Positions 10,414 through 21,865 of a stretch of DNA of 64,000 bases are shown here, piece by piece. The translations under genes were made by a program, and so were the position numbers. Source of the stretch: an uncultured Chloroflexia bacterium. Its GTDB lineage: Bacteria > Chloroflexota > Limnocylindria > Limnocylindrales > CSP1-4. A model generated the notes under the pieces. It was not told where the DNA came from and did not search any database. It saw only the letters and a list, made by a program, of their open reading frames with translations. Position 1 is the stretch's first letter. Each line of letters begins with the position of its first letter. The stretch spans positions 320,001 through 384,000 of the forward strand of contig CAVRGP010000002.1 of assembly GCA_963720755.1 (NCBI GenBank). Direction: 5' to 3'.

Positions 10414-10956
10414 ATGAGCGAAACGCTGACGGGTGTGAGTCCGTCGACACACGATCCCGGCCTCGCCGACCGCGAACCCGAGCTCACCGAATCCGCCGAG
10501 CAGATCGCTGAAGCGGTCATCGGGATGGTCCGGCAGTTCAGCGCCCTGAAGTCCAGGGTCTCCGGGCCCGATGGTGAGACCTCGCCGCAGTTCCTGCTGG
10601 TCAAGTTGGCCCACTTCGGGCCGATTCGGGCAGGCGAACTCGCGGAGCGGGTGTGCGCCGACCCCTCGACGGTGTCCCGGCAGGTCGCGCAACTGGTCAA
10701 GTCCGGTCTGGTGGAGCGGCGCGCCGACCCGGACGACGGCCGCGCCTCGATCCTGGTGCCTACCGAACTCGGGCTGGACACCGTCGGCGAGCACGTCCGC
10801 CGCCGCGGTGAGGTACTTCAGCCGGTCATCGCCGATTGGTCGCCACGGGACCGCGCCGACCTCGTCCGGCTCGTCACGAAATACACCGCGGGCATCGAGG
10901 CCCACCGCGAACAGCTCATCAACGGCATGTTGCAGCACAGGAAGGAATCCTCCTGA
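10414..10956 (+). CDS. MarR family transcriptional regulator
   Basis: ELAERVCADPSTVSRQVAQLVKSGLVERRADPDDGRA winged HTH. AAGGAG RBS. Confidence 0.92.
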   Translation: MSETLTGVSPSTHDPGLADREPELTESAEQIAEAVIGMVRQFSALKSRVSGPDGETSPQFLLVKLAHFGPIRAGELAERVCADPSTVSRQVAQLVKSGLVERRADPDDGRASILVPTELGLDTVGEHVRRRGEVLQPVIADWSPRDRADLVRLVTKYTAGIEAHREQLINGMLQHRKESS

Positions 10957-12938
10957 TGTCCACCACGGAATCAGCGCAGACCTCAACGGAACCGCAGTCG
11001 GCACCGCCGACAGGACCGGTTGCGACGACCGAGTCGCCGGCCGGTCTGACCCACGCACAGATCCGGACCATCCTGATCGGGCTGATGGCCGGCATGCTGC
11101 TGGCCGCCCTCGACCAGACGATCGTCTCGACCTCGATCCGGGTGATCGCCGACGACCTGCAGGGCCTGTCCGCGATGGCCTGGGTGACCACCGCGTACCT
11201 GATCACCTCGACGGTGACCACCCCGCTGTACGGCAAGCTGTCCGATATCTACGGCCGCCGCCCGATGTTCATCACGGCGATCAGCATCTTCATCTTCGGG
11301 TCCCTGCTGTGCACGTTCGCCACCTCGATGTACGAACTGGCCGCCTTCCGTGCGGTCCAGGGCATCGGCGCCGGCGGTCTGTTCTCGATGGCACTGGCGA
11401 TCCTGGCCGACATCGTGCCGCCGCGGGAGCGGGCGAAGTACCAGGGCTACTTCCTGGCCGTGTTCGGCATGTCCTCGGTCATCGGACCGCTGGTCGGCGG
11501 CTTCTTCGCCGGCGCTGACACGATCTTCGGTGTCACCGGCTGGCGCTGGGTCTTCCTGATCAACGTCCCGATCGGCGCCATCGCGCTGGTCATCGTCGCT
11601 ATCACGTTGCACATCCCGCACATCCGCACCGACCACCGCATCGACTGGTGGGGCGCGGCCGCGCTGATCCTGGGCATCGTGCCGCTGCTGATCGTCGCCG
11701 AGCAGGGCCGGATCTGGGGCTGGGGCTCCGCCGGTGTCCTCGGTCTGATCGCGCTGGGCATCATCGGTGTGATCGCCTTCATCATGATCGAGTTCCGGAT
11801 GAAGGACGAAGCGCTGATCCCGATGCGGCTGTTCACCAGCCGGGTCTTCAGCATCGGCCTGTCGGTCAACGTGTTGATCGGTCTGGGCATGTTCGGTGCG
11901 CTCAGCACGCTGCCGCTGTACCTGCAGCTGGTCAAGGGTGCCACGCCGACCGAATCCGGGCTGCTGCTGATCCCGATGATGATCGGCATCATGGGCGGCT
12001 CGGTGCTCTCCGGTCAGCTCACCGCCCGCACCGGCAAGTACAAGATCTTCCCGGTCTTCGGCACCGCACTGCTGGCCGTCGCGTTCTTCGCGATGTTGAC
12101 CGTCACCGTCGACTCGCCGTACTGGCTGCTCGACATCTACTTCCTCGCCATCGGGCTCGGCCTGGGCCTGTGTATGCAGACCCTGCTGATCGCGGTGCAG
12201 AACACCGTGCCCGCCAAGGACATGGGTGTTGCGACCTCGTCGGCGACGTTCTTCCGGCAGCTCGGCGGAACCCTTGGTGTCGCGGTGTTCCTGTCGCTGC
12301 TGTTCAACTCGCTGCCGGACAAGGTGCAGGGCGCGCTGCAATCGGCCGGGACCACTCCGGAGTTCCAGTCGGCGGTCGCTGCTGCTGCCGCCGACCCGAA
12401 CAGCCCGAGCCACGCGACGGCGCAGAGCCTGATCGCCGCCGCGCAGGGCGACACCTCCGCCGCGGCCGGTATCGGTGACGCGCTCAGCACCGACTCCTCG
12501 TTCCTGAACACCCTGGACCCGGCCATCGCCCGGCCGTTCCAGGTGGGCTACGTGGATTCGACGCACCTGGTGTACATCATCGGCGGCATCATCATGGTGC
12601 TGGCCTTCGTGCTGGTGCTGGTGATGAAGGAGCTGCCGCTGCGCACCAAGTCCGCGCTCACCGAGCGGCTGGAGGAGCAGGCCGCCACCGACGCCGCCGA
12701 GGCCGCCGACCTTGCGGCCGGTCGTCCGGTGACCGCCAAGAGCGTTGCGGCGGAGGAACTCGCCGCCGAGGCCGAGGTGGAAACCAGCGAACCCGATCGA
12801 TCCCGGTCACACACCGAGGTCGGCAGTGCCGGCGGGCGGGCGTCCGACGGTGAGGTCCTGCTGAACGGTGTCGCCGTCTCGCCCGAGGCGGGGACCGGCG
12901 AGAACCGCGGACGTGGCAGGCACCGCGCCGACGTCTGA
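10956..12938 (+). CDS. DHA2 (14-TM) MFS multidrug efflux transporter
   Basis: LAALDQTIV, GKLSDIYGRR and WRWVFLINVPIG motifs. TGATG overlap with MarR. Confidence 0.92.
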   Translation: MSTTESAQTSTEPQSAPPTGPVATTESPAGLTHAQIRTILIGLMAGMLLAALDQTIVSTSIRVIADDLQGLSAMAWVTTAYLITSTVTTPLYGKLSDIYGRRPMFITAISIFIFGSLLCTFATSMYELAAFRAVQGIGAGGLFSMALAILADIVPPRERAKYQGYFLAVFGMSSVIGPLVGGFFAGADTIFGVTGWRWVFLINVPIGAIALVIVAITLHIPHIRTDHRIDWWGAAALILGIVPLLIVAEQGRIWGWGSAGVLGLIALGIIGVIAFIMIEFRMKDEALIPMRLFTSRVFSIGLSVNVLIGLGMFGALSTLPLYLQLVKGATPTESGLLLIPMMIGIMGGSVLSGQLTARTGKYKIFPVFGTALLAVAFFAMLTVTVDSPYWLLDIYFLAIGLGLGLCMQTLLIAVQNTVPAKDMGVATSSATFFRQLGGTLGVAVFLSLLFNSLPDKVQGALQSAGTTPEFQSAVAAAAADPNSPSHATAQSLIAAAQGDTSAAAGIGDALSTDSSFLNTLDPAIARPFQVGYVDSTHLVYIIGGIIMVLAFVLVLVMKELPLRTKSALTERLEEQAATDAAEAADLAAGRPVTAKSVAAEELAAEAEVETSEPDRSRSHTEVGSAGGRASDGEVLLNGVAVSPEAGTGENRGRGRHRADV

Positions 12939-12950
12939 TTTCCTGACAGC

Positions 12951-12999
12951 GACAGAACCGCCCGCTCCCGGTCACTCCGGGGGCGGGCGGTTTGCTGTC
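12951..12999. terminator. Intrinsic (probably bidirectional) terminator hairpin
   Basis: GAACCGCCCGCTCCCGG-TCACT-CCGGGGGCGGGCGGTTT between convergent genes. Confidence 0.75.
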
Positions 13000-13024
13000 T
13001 GTGGCTGTGGATCTCGAGGCGGGG

Positions 13025-14470
13025 TCAGCGTTGCCAGGGTGCGATCACCGGCAGGGTGCGGTCGTCGACGGCCGGCACCGGGCGCCCGTCGACCAGCACG
13101 TATCGGCGGCGCGGCCCGCGGGCCGCGATGGACTCCACTGCGGCGACCAGGCGCTGCACATGTTCGGTGGTGGTCCCCAGCCCGACCGAGGCCCGCAGTG
13201 CCGTGCCGGTGCCGTCCTCGACAACGCAACCAGCCGCCCCCAACAGCTTTCGGACAAGCGGGTGCGCGCAGAACGCGCCGTCCCGAACCCCGATACCGTG
13301 CTCGGCGGACAATGCGGCGGCGATCACCGACGCCTGCTGTCCGGCCACCGTGAAGGTCACCACCCCGATGCTGTCCACCGCGCCGCCGAACAGCGAATGC
13401 ACGGTGACACCGGGGATCTCGGCCAACCCATCGCGCAGGGTGTTCGTCAGGGAGAGCTCGGCACGGGCCAGCGCCGCCCGGTCGGCGGTGGCCAGGGCGT
13501 GGCAGGCAGTCGCCAGCGCGACCGCCCCCGGCACGTTCGGCGACCCGGCCTCATGACGGTCGGGCAGCGGCTTCCAGGTCGTTTCCTCGTCGGTGACGCT
13601 CGCGGTGGCGCCGCCGCCGATCAGGTACGGCGGCGCGGCGGCCAGCCAGTCGGCGCGGCCGATCAGGGCGCCGGCACCGTAGGGCGCGTAGAGCTTGTGC
13701 CCGGACAGCGCGACATAGTCGACGCCCAGTTCGGCGATCGAGAACGGCCGGTGCGGCGCGAGCTGTGCGGCGTCCAGCGCGGTCCGGGCGCCGCGGGCGC
13801 GGGCGATCGCGGCCAGGTCGGCCACCGGCCACAGTTCACCGGTGACGTTGGACGCCCCGGTGATCACCAGCAGCGCCGGGCCGGGGGAGCGGCGGCGCAA
13901 CGCGTCATCGACGCTGTCGATCGCCTCCTGGGGCGTTGCCGGGGCGGGCAGTCGGATCACGGTCTGGCCGCGGCGGGCGTCCCGGGCCCACGGCAGCAGC
14001 GCGGCGTGGTGCTCGGTCTCGAACACCACGATGGTCGTCCGGGCCGGTAGGCAGTGCGCCAGCAGGTTGAACGAGTCGGTGGTGTGCCTGGTGAAGATCA
14101 CCGCGTCGTCGGCGCCGCCACCCACGAAGTCCCGCACGGGTTCCCGGGCACCCTCGTACAGGGCGGTGCAGACCTTCGAGTGCCAGCCGGCGCCCCGGTG
14201 CACGCTGGCGTACCGCTCCAGCAGCGCGTCCACGGTGTCCCGGACCACCCGCAGCGCCGGGGCCGAGGCGCCGTGGTCGAGGTTCGCGTAGGAGATCCGG
14301 CCGCCGCCGGCCAACGGCACGGAGGCGTCGGCCCCGACGATCTCCAGGCCGGGAGCGTGCGGGTGGCACACCGGTCCGGCGCAGGGTCCGATGATCGGGA
14401 CCTCATGGCGCTGTGGTCGACGAGGGGTCAGTGCCGAGGCCAGGTCGGGGCGTTCGAGAAGAATGGTCAC
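13025..14470 (-). CDS. Class V PLP aminotransferase, cysteine desulfurase (SufS-like)
   Basis: YANLDHGAS, EHHA, GASNVTG, LDAAQLAPH, SGHKLYAP (PLP Lys) and VRDGAFCAHP (catalytic Cys). AGGAGA RBS before GTG. Confidence 0.9.
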   Translation of the reverse strand: MTILLERPDLASALTPRRPQRHEVPIIGPCAGPVCHPHAPGLEIVGADASVPLAGGGRISYANLDHGASAPALRVVRDTVDALLERYASVHRGAGWHSKVCTALYEGAREPVRDFVGGGADDAVIFTRHTTDSFNLLAHCLPARTTIVVFETEHHAALLPWARDARRGQTVIRLPAPATPQEAIDSVDDALRRRSPGPALLVITGASNVTGELWPVADLAAIARARGARTALDAAQLAPHRPFSIAELGVDYVALSGHKLYAPYGAGALIGRADWLAAAPPYLIGGGATASVTDEETTWKPLPDRHEAGSPNVPGAVALATACHALATADRAALARAELSLTNTLRDGLAEIPGVTVHSLFGGAVDSIGVVTFTVAGQQASVIAAALSAEHGIGVRDGAFCAHPLVRKLLGAAGCVVEDGTGTALRASVGLGTTTEHVQRLVAAVESIAARGPRRRYVLVDGRPVPAVDDRTLPVIAPWQR

Positions 14471-14511
14471 GTCGTTCTCCTACGGTCCATCGGACCCTCA
14501 GGAGACCTGTG

Positions 14512-14625
14512 GCCCGCGCTTGCCGGACGCAACACGCGCCCAACCAGGTCTTCACCCGGGGCACCCCACCGCGGTTGGAGGGTTGCCGGCCAGCAAGCCG
14601 GGGCTATCTGCTGGCACTCATGACC
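14512..14625 (-). ncRNA. SAM-IV riboswitch
   Basis: Minus strand reads GGTCATGAGTGCCAGC..AGCCCCGGCTTGCTGGCCGGCAACCCTCCAACCGCGGTGGGGTGCCCCGGGTGAAGACC..GCAAGCGCGG, matching the recalled SAM-IV consensus. It lies upstream of a sulfur-metabolism gene. Confidence 0.93.
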
Positions 14626-14714
14626 TTGACCGGGACACTAACAGGGTCCAGATGAGGCTGTCACGACTCTCGGGGGAGTGCGCTGCGTCACAGCTGGGTC
14701 ACGGTTGACAGCGG

Positions 14715-15161
14715 TCAGTGGCGATCCGTCAGGTCGATCAATCGCCGCAGGCCCGGCGGCTGGTACGGCGTCCACCGATCCTCCTGCCGCAGTTCTGCGG
14801 CGATGTGTGGGTCGGACAGCCGTCGTCGCGCGCGTTCGTACAACGGAGTGTGCAGGCGGCGGACGAGGTCGACGAACGAGTCGATGTCGGCAACCGCAAC
14901 GCCCGGCTCCGTCGGCCGGCCCGGCCCGGCGGACAGGTAGGCCAGCAGCAGGGTCAACCCGGCGGCGCCGAGGTGGCTGCGCAGGTCAATGGTGACGACG
15001 TCATCCGATGACGGTAGGCAACCCGCCGCGTGCACGATGCGGAAGTCCGTCACGAGAAATGGCTCGGTGGAGAGGGTTCGGGAACTCACCACGCCCTGGT
15101 CGGCGGTCACCTGGTCGTCGCAGGTGTCGCAGATCCAGGCGCACGGTCCCTCGTCAGGCAT
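14715..15161 (-). CDS. Hypothetical protein with CxxC and HxxxC motifs
   Basis: WICDTCDD and IVHAAGC. GC-rich third codon positions. Follows GH13 on the same strand. Confidence 0.6.
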   Translation of the reverse strand: MPDEGPCAWICDTCDDQVTADQGVVSSRTLSTEPFLVTDFRIVHAAGCLPSSDDVVTIDLRSHLGAAGLTLLLAYLSAGPGRPTEPGVAVADIDSFVDLVRRLHTPLYERARRRLSDPHIAAELRQEDRWTPYQPPGLRRLIDLTDRH

Positions 15162-15224
15162 GCCGGCCGGTCGGGGGTGGGCGGCCGATTCGGCGCCACC
15201 CCCGACGCTCATCAGCACGTCCCG

Positions 15225-17098
<1,874 letters not shown>

Positions 17099-17167
17099 TC
17101 AACAAGCAGGCGCACTGATGACCCTGCACTGCTGGTTTAACCGTTAACTTCGCTCTAGGATCGGCGA

Positions 17168-18265
17168 ATGACGCGTCGACAGGCTGATCGGCCCTCGCTG
17201 GCGACCGTGGCCGAGCGGGTTGGGGTGTCGACCGCGACCGTGTCGAACACCTTCAACCGGCCGGAAAAGGTCTCCCCTGACGTGGTGGCCCGGGTGCTCG
17301 CAGAGGCGGAACGGCAGGGTTACGCCGGCCCGGATCCAGCGGCCAGGCAACTCAGTCGTGGCCGCACGGACACGGTCGGGCTGCTCTTCACCGACGAGCT
17401 GTCCTACGCGTTCGGCGACCCGGCCGCCGTGGCGTTCATCGCGGGGCTGGCGACCAGCTGCCAAAGCGCCGGGTTGAACATGTTGCTGATCTCCACCGAG
17501 TCCACCGGCGGCCGGAGCACTGCTGTCGGCAACGCCGTCGTCGACGGGTTCGTGGTGTATTCGGTTCCTGCCGACGACCCGCATCTGCGGCGCATCCTCG
17601 AACGCCAGCTACCGACCGTCGTCGTCGATTCCCCGCCGGAGCCGGCCGGGGTCGACTGGGTGGGACCCGACGACCGGGCCGGCGCCAGGTCCCTGGGGGA
17701 GATGCTGGTCGGGTTGGGCCACCGAAGGATCGGGGTGATCACCGGGACAGGGCGGGTGCGGTACTCCGGGCCGACTGCGTTCTCCTCCCTGCTCGACGAG
17801 CCTCCGTCGGTGCACCGCAACAGAATCCTGGGCCTGCACGACGCGCTGGCCGCGGTCGGTGTCGACGACCTGCCGATCGAGGAGCGCCCGGAGAACACGG
17901 CGGCGGCCGGCGCGTCGGCGCTGCACGCCCTGCTGGACCGCCGGCCCGACCTGACGGCGGTCTGCGCGCTGATGGATCGGCTGGCGCTCGGTGCGCTGAC
18001 CGCCGCCCGGGAGCGGGGCCTGGCGGTGCCCGGTGATGTGAGCATCACCGGCTACGACGACATCCCGCAGGCCGACGCGGCCGGTTTGACCACGGTGCAT
18101 CAGCCGCACGCCGACAAGGGCCGGATCGCCGGCGAGCTCTACCTCAGCCACCGGCCCGGCGATCCGCCGCGTCGCCGGGTGCTGCCGACCCATGTCCGGG
18201 CCAGGGCCACCACCGGCCCGCCGCGTCCGGAGTACAAAACCCTCGACGGCGCCCGGCCATTCTGA
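17168..18265 (+). CDS. LacI family transcriptional regulator
   Basis: SLATVAERVGVSTATVSNTFN HTH, plus VPGDVSITGYDD and LTTVHQP. Divergent from GH13. Confidence 0.93.
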   Translation: MTRRQADRPSLATVAERVGVSTATVSNTFNRPEKVSPDVVARVLAEAERQGYAGPDPAARQLSRGRTDTVGLLFTDELSYAFGDPAAVAFIAGLATSCQSAGLNMLLISTESTGGRSTAVGNAVVDGFVVYSVPADDPHLRRILERQLPTVVVDSPPEPAGVDWVGPDDRAGARSLGEMLVGLGHRRIGVITGTGRVRYSGPTAFSSLLDEPPSVHRNRILGLHDALAAVGVDDLPIEERPENTAAAGASALHALLDRRPDLTAVCALMDRLALGALTAARERGLAVPGDVSITGYDDIPQADAAGLTTVHQPHADKGRIAGELYLSHRPGDPPRRRVLPTHVRARATTGPPRPEYKTLDGARPF

Positions 18266-18310
18266 TGGCCCCTCACGACTTCGTCGGAGCGACTGGGCCC
18301 GCTCAGCGCA

Positions 18311-18529
18311 GTGGTACTTGCGCTGGCCGAGGGTGCGTCGCTGCCGGAGGAGGCGGTCGGCAAACTCCGGGACATCTGCCGGGAGATCCGGGACACGAAG
18401 GATTCCTACCGGCACGGCGCGGCGCAGCGGGCGCATGCGGCCCTGCAGGAACCAGCCGACCACGACCCCGATGCCCTGACCGTGCTGCTCACCGAGTTCG
18501 CCTCGCGACCGGCCGGCGGGGTCACCTGA
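18311..18529 (+). CDS. Small hypothetical protein (start uncertain, possibly frameshifted from ATG 18265)
   Basis: 72-aa ORF with GC-rich third positions filling the gap before the tRNA promoter. Confidence 0.35.
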   Translation: MVLALAEGASLPEEAVGKLRDICREIRDTKDSYRHGAAQRAHAALQEPADHDPDALTVLLTEFASRPAGGVT

Positions 18530-18635
18530 CCGGCGCACCTCCGCCGGTGCTGTACGTTTTGGAGGTCTCCTCCGGGGTGCCGTATGCTTTCCAAGCTCCC
18601 AACGGCAAGCCGTTGGAGGCGGGTTTCAAGGCCCA

Positions 18636-18708
18636 GCCCCCATCGTCTAGCGGCCTAGGACGCTGCCCTTTCAAGGCGGTAGCACGGGTTCGAATCCCGT
18701 TGGGGGTA
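18636..18708 (+). tRNA. tRNA-Glu(TTC)
   Basis: Acceptor GCCCCCA/TGGGGGT, anticodon loop CTTTCAA, T-arm GGTTCGAATCC. Confidence 0.97.
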
Positions 18709-18749
18709 CACGGTTCTCGAACCGGGTACGGTAGGAAAGTCGGTGCCAA

Positions 18750-18823
18750 GGCCCCGTAGCGCAGTTGGTTAGCGCGCCGCCCTGTCACGGCGGAGGTCGC
18801 GGGTTCAAGTCCCGTCGGGGTCG
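18750..18823 (+). tRNA. tRNA-Asp(GTC)
   Basis: Acceptor GGCCCCG/CGGGGTC, anticodon loop CTGTCAC, T-arm GGTTCAAGTCC. Confidence 0.97.
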
Positions 18824-18866
18824 CTGTGCGGGCCGGATCCACGAAAGTGGGCCGGCCCGTTGTAGT

Positions 18867-18943
18867 GGCCAGGTAGCTCAGTCGGTACGAGCGTCCGCCT
18901 GAAAAGTGGAAGGTCGCCGGTTCGATCCCGGCCCTGGCCACCA
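18867..18943 (+). tRNA. tRNA-Phe(GAA)
   Basis: Acceptor GGCCAGG/CCTGGCC, anticodon loop CTGAAAA, T-arm GGTTCGATCCC, encoded CCA. Confidence 0.97.
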
Positions 18944-18952
18944 CGATCGGCA

Positions 18953-18984
18953 ACAGGTCAGAGGGCGCGAGCCTTCTGACCTGT
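18953..18984 (+). terminator. Hairpin after the tRNA operon
   Basis: ACAGGTCAGAGGGC-GCGA-GCCTTCTGACCTGT, a 14-bp stem with a GNRA loop. Confidence 0.7.
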
Positions 18985-19083
18985 CGTGGTTTCCGGGCAC
19001 GGCGCCCTGACCGAGCTGGTGGTGGCGCCGATCGATCACCGAATGAGGATCTCGACCTGGCGTCCGCGGCAGCACGCCCGAAC

Positions 19084-19800
19084 TCATTCCGGCCCGTGCC
19101 AGCGGAACTTGACTTCAGGTTGGCCTAGGTGCCGAACGGCGGAGCCCCTGGCCTGTTCGGCCAGATCGGTGATCCGCGCCATGATGAGCTCGGTCGCCCG
19201 CCGGTGGCCGTCCGGGGAGTCAGCCCACTCGCTCAGATCGAGTGGTTCACCGACCACCAGCCGCACGGTGTGTCGATGCCACAGATGCCGGATGCCCGGG
19301 CGCGGCCCCCAGAGCCCGACCGGGATCACCGGGACCTGCGGGTGTGCCGCCGCCAGTCGGGCGGCGCCGGTCTTGCCCGGCCCCGGGCGCAGATCGGGCG
19401 CCGTACTGAACCGGCCTTCGGGATACAAGCAGACGACATGCCCGCGGTCGAGCTTCCGGGCCGCGGCGGCCAGCGAATCGGCGGCCCGGTCGGACCCTCG
19501 CACGACCGGGATCTGCCTGGCCGCCCGGAGCAGGCGCCCGACGACGGGCCAGGTGAACACCTCGGCCTTGGCCAGGAAGTGCGGGAACCGGTGGTGTCCG
19601 GTCACCAGCCGCGCCAGCGCCAGGGTTTCGGTGGACGAAAGGTGGTTGGCCACGATGATCGCCGGACCGGTGGCCGGAATGTGGTCGCCGCGCTCGTACC
19701 GCACGCGATGCACCACGGCGGCGCCCAGGGCGATGCCGAGAAATCCGATGATGGTGCGAACCGGCCGCTCCCGCGGCCAGCGCGCACGGGCGGGCGTCAT
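19084..19800 (-). CDS. PlsC-like lysophospholipid acyltransferase
   Basis: ANHLSSTE (NHx4D-like), FLAKAEVF, YPEG and VPVIPVG motifs. Confidence 0.85.
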   Translation of the reverse strand: MTPARARWPRERPVRTIIGFLGIALGAAVVHRVRYERGDHIPATGPAIIVANHLSSTETLALARLVTGHHRFPHFLAKAEVFTWPVVGRLLRAARQIPVVRGSDRAADSLAAAARKLDRGHVVCLYPEGRFSTAPDLRPGPGKTGAARLAAAHPQVPVIPVGLWGPRPGIRHLWHRHTVRLVVGEPLDLSEWADSPDGHRRATELIMARITDLAEQARGSAVRHLGQPEVKFRWHGPE

Positions 19801-19905
19801 GCGCCCGATGATGCCGCACCAGCGGGTCAACCCGTGGCCGGAGGCGCTCGCTCCACGACCTGACGCCGACGGTAATCTTGGCCTGCTCGAAAACCTGGAG
19901 GCTTG

Positions 19906-20874
19906 ATGTCTGGACCACTCACCGACGCCGGTGAGACCACTGTTGCCGAGCTCGCTGCTCGCTACCGCGTGAGCAAGGAGGCCGTGCGGGCGCTGCTGGA
20001 TGCGGTGATCCGTGGCCGTGGCTCGATGGCCCAGTTCTCCCATCCTGACCTGGGCGGCAGCGGCCAGTGGATGCGCGGCGGCATGACGATGGTCGGCGAC
20101 ATGTTCAACCCGGGCCTGCAATCGGCCGTCAGCGGCATCTGCTCGGAACTGTCGTCCCAGCTGGCAGAGGGTGCGGTGCTTGTCACCGAGCCCAGCCGGG
20201 GGGCGGTGACCGATTCAGCTGGCGACCAGCGGAGCCGACGTGGCTCGAGCACGGGTGGCAGTGACTGGTGGCCGTCGGAGTTGGGTCGGCCGAGTTCCTC
20301 CGGTGGCCAGAACGACGACGCCTACGCCTATTTCCCGGGCACCCGCCGGTTGGCCGTCCGCCGCGGCGGCGCCATCACGATCTACGACACCGGCGATCAC
20401 CAGATCTCCGGGGTCCAGCAGCAGCAGGGTTCACGGGGGACGCAGGAGTTCACCAGCCAGCGAGGGACCTTCACCGTCGACAGCCTGCCGGTGGTGGAAG
20501 ACGCCGGGCCGGGCAGCGCCGCCGCCGCTCAGCAGCCCCAGTCGTTGGACGTCCGGTCCCCGGACCGGATCGGGTCGCCGTCGACCCCGCGGCATCCGTC
20601 GTCGGAAGCTGCCGCCGAGGACGTCACGACGACTCCGTCCGCCCCGCCGGCCCACCGCCCCTTCACGTCGCCGACCGCAGCCACGTCGCCGCCGGAATCC
20701 GGACCGGTTCCTGCCGCGTCACACCCGGTGCAGTCATCGGGTACCGCCGGCCGGGCGTCGACCCCGGCGGACATCGGCGCGGCCATCGAAACCCTGGCCG
20801 GCCTGCGGGACAAGGGTTTTCTGACCGACGAGGAATTCAGCGCCAAGAAGACCGAGCTGTTGGCCCGGCTCTGA
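19906..20874 (+). CDS. SHOCT domain-containing protein
   Basis: C-terminal IETLAGLRDKGFLTDEEFSAKKTELLARL. N-terminal MAQFSHPDLGGSGQWMRGGMTMVGDMFN block. GGAGG RBS. Confidence 0.85.
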   Translation: MSGPLTDAGETTVAELAARYRVSKEAVRALLDAVIRGRGSMAQFSHPDLGGSGQWMRGGMTMVGDMFNPGLQSAVSGICSELSSQLAEGAVLVTEPSRGAVTDSAGDQRSRRGSSTGGSDWWPSELGRPSSSGGQNDDAYAYFPGTRRLAVRRGGAITIYDTGDHQISGVQQQQGSRGTQEFTSQRGTFTVDSLPVVEDAGPGSAAAAQQPQSLDVRSPDRIGSPSTPRHPSSEAAAEDVTTTPSAPPAHRPFTSPTAATSPPESGPVPAASHPVQSSGTAGRASTPADIGAAIETLAGLRDKGFLTDEEFSAKKTELLARL

Positions 20875-20878
20875 CGTC

Positions 20879-21391
20879 ATGATGTCGTCCGGTTCCGTCG
20901 TCCACGCGGTGGTGGATTCCCCGGTCGGTGAGTTGACGCTGGTCGGCCGCGACGGAGCACTGGCGGGCGTCTACTTCCCGGAGCATGTGCGTCGTCCCGA
21001 CGAGGCCTCGTTCGGCGCCCGGGACGACGATGCCTTCGTCATCGCCGTGGAACAACTCACGGCGTATTTCGCCGGCCGCCGCACGGTGTTCGAGTTGCCG
21101 CTGGACCCGGTGGGAAATGCGTTCCAGCGCAAGGTCTGGGCGCAGCTGACGCTGATCCCGTACGGCCAGACCCGCACCTACGGGGAGCTGGCCGTCGCCC
21201 TCGGCGACCCGAGGCTGGCCAGGGCGGTCGGCGCCGCGAACGGGCAGAACCCGCTGTCGATCATCGTGCCGTGCCACCGGGTGGTGGGTTCGGACGGGAA
21301 GCTGACCGGCTACGCCGGCGGGCTGCCACGCAAGCGGTTCCTGCTCGACCTGGAGACACCGGTCGACCAGCGGGCCGACGCACTGTTCTGA
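20879..21391 (+). CDS. ogt: Methylated-DNA--protein-cysteine S-methyltransferase
   Basis: FQRKVW, IPYGQTRTYG, RAVGAAN and the PCHRV active site. Confidence 0.95.
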   Translation: MMSSGSVVHAVVDSPVGELTLVGRDGALAGVYFPEHVRRPDEASFGARDDDAFVIAVEQLTAYFAGRRTVFELPLDPVGNAFQRKVWAQLTLIPYGQTRTYGELAVALGDPRLARAVGAANGQNPLSIIVPCHRVVGSDGKLTGYAGGLPRKRFLLDLETPVDQRADALF

Positions 21392-21865
21392 ACGACCCGG
21401 GCTCCCGCCGGCGGGGCCCGCGACCCGCCACGCGGTCGCACACTCTCCCGCGTCGCGACTGAACCGCCTCAACCGTTCCACGCCCGGTTCTGGTCGAGCG
21501 TGGTTCACCCGGCACGCCTGGGTGGCCAGCTCGCCCGCGATCGCCGGGCGTCAGGTTGACAACGGTGCGATCCGCAGCGATTGTCGAAGCATGCCCGCAG
21601 CGTGTCCGGTCCCGGTCCGGGCCGAGCTGCATCCTGACCCGTTGTCGCTACGTCGACAACATGCGGAGTTGCTCCGCCATCTGTCCCGTTTGCCGCTGAA
21701 ACCCCGCGTCGCGCCATCGCGACGTCGTCGGGATCCCGTGTGTCGCCCCATCGCGGGGGTGACAGCTCACCCCCACGCGACTCGAACGCGGCCGGTCCTG
21801 CCACGCGGCCCGTACCACCGAACCCCAGCACACCTCGCCCATCATGAATGAGAAGGAAACACCCG

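Noticed and set aside
18828-18860. GAAA-tetraloop hairpin between tRNA-Asp and tRNA-Phe as a separate ncRNA
   Set aside because: Short spacer hairpins are ordinary in tRNA operons.
21392-21865. Intergenic region upstream of the carbonic anhydrase as a riboswitch or small gene
   Set aside because: No recognisable aptamer motif, and the short ORFs lack an RBS and protein-like composition.
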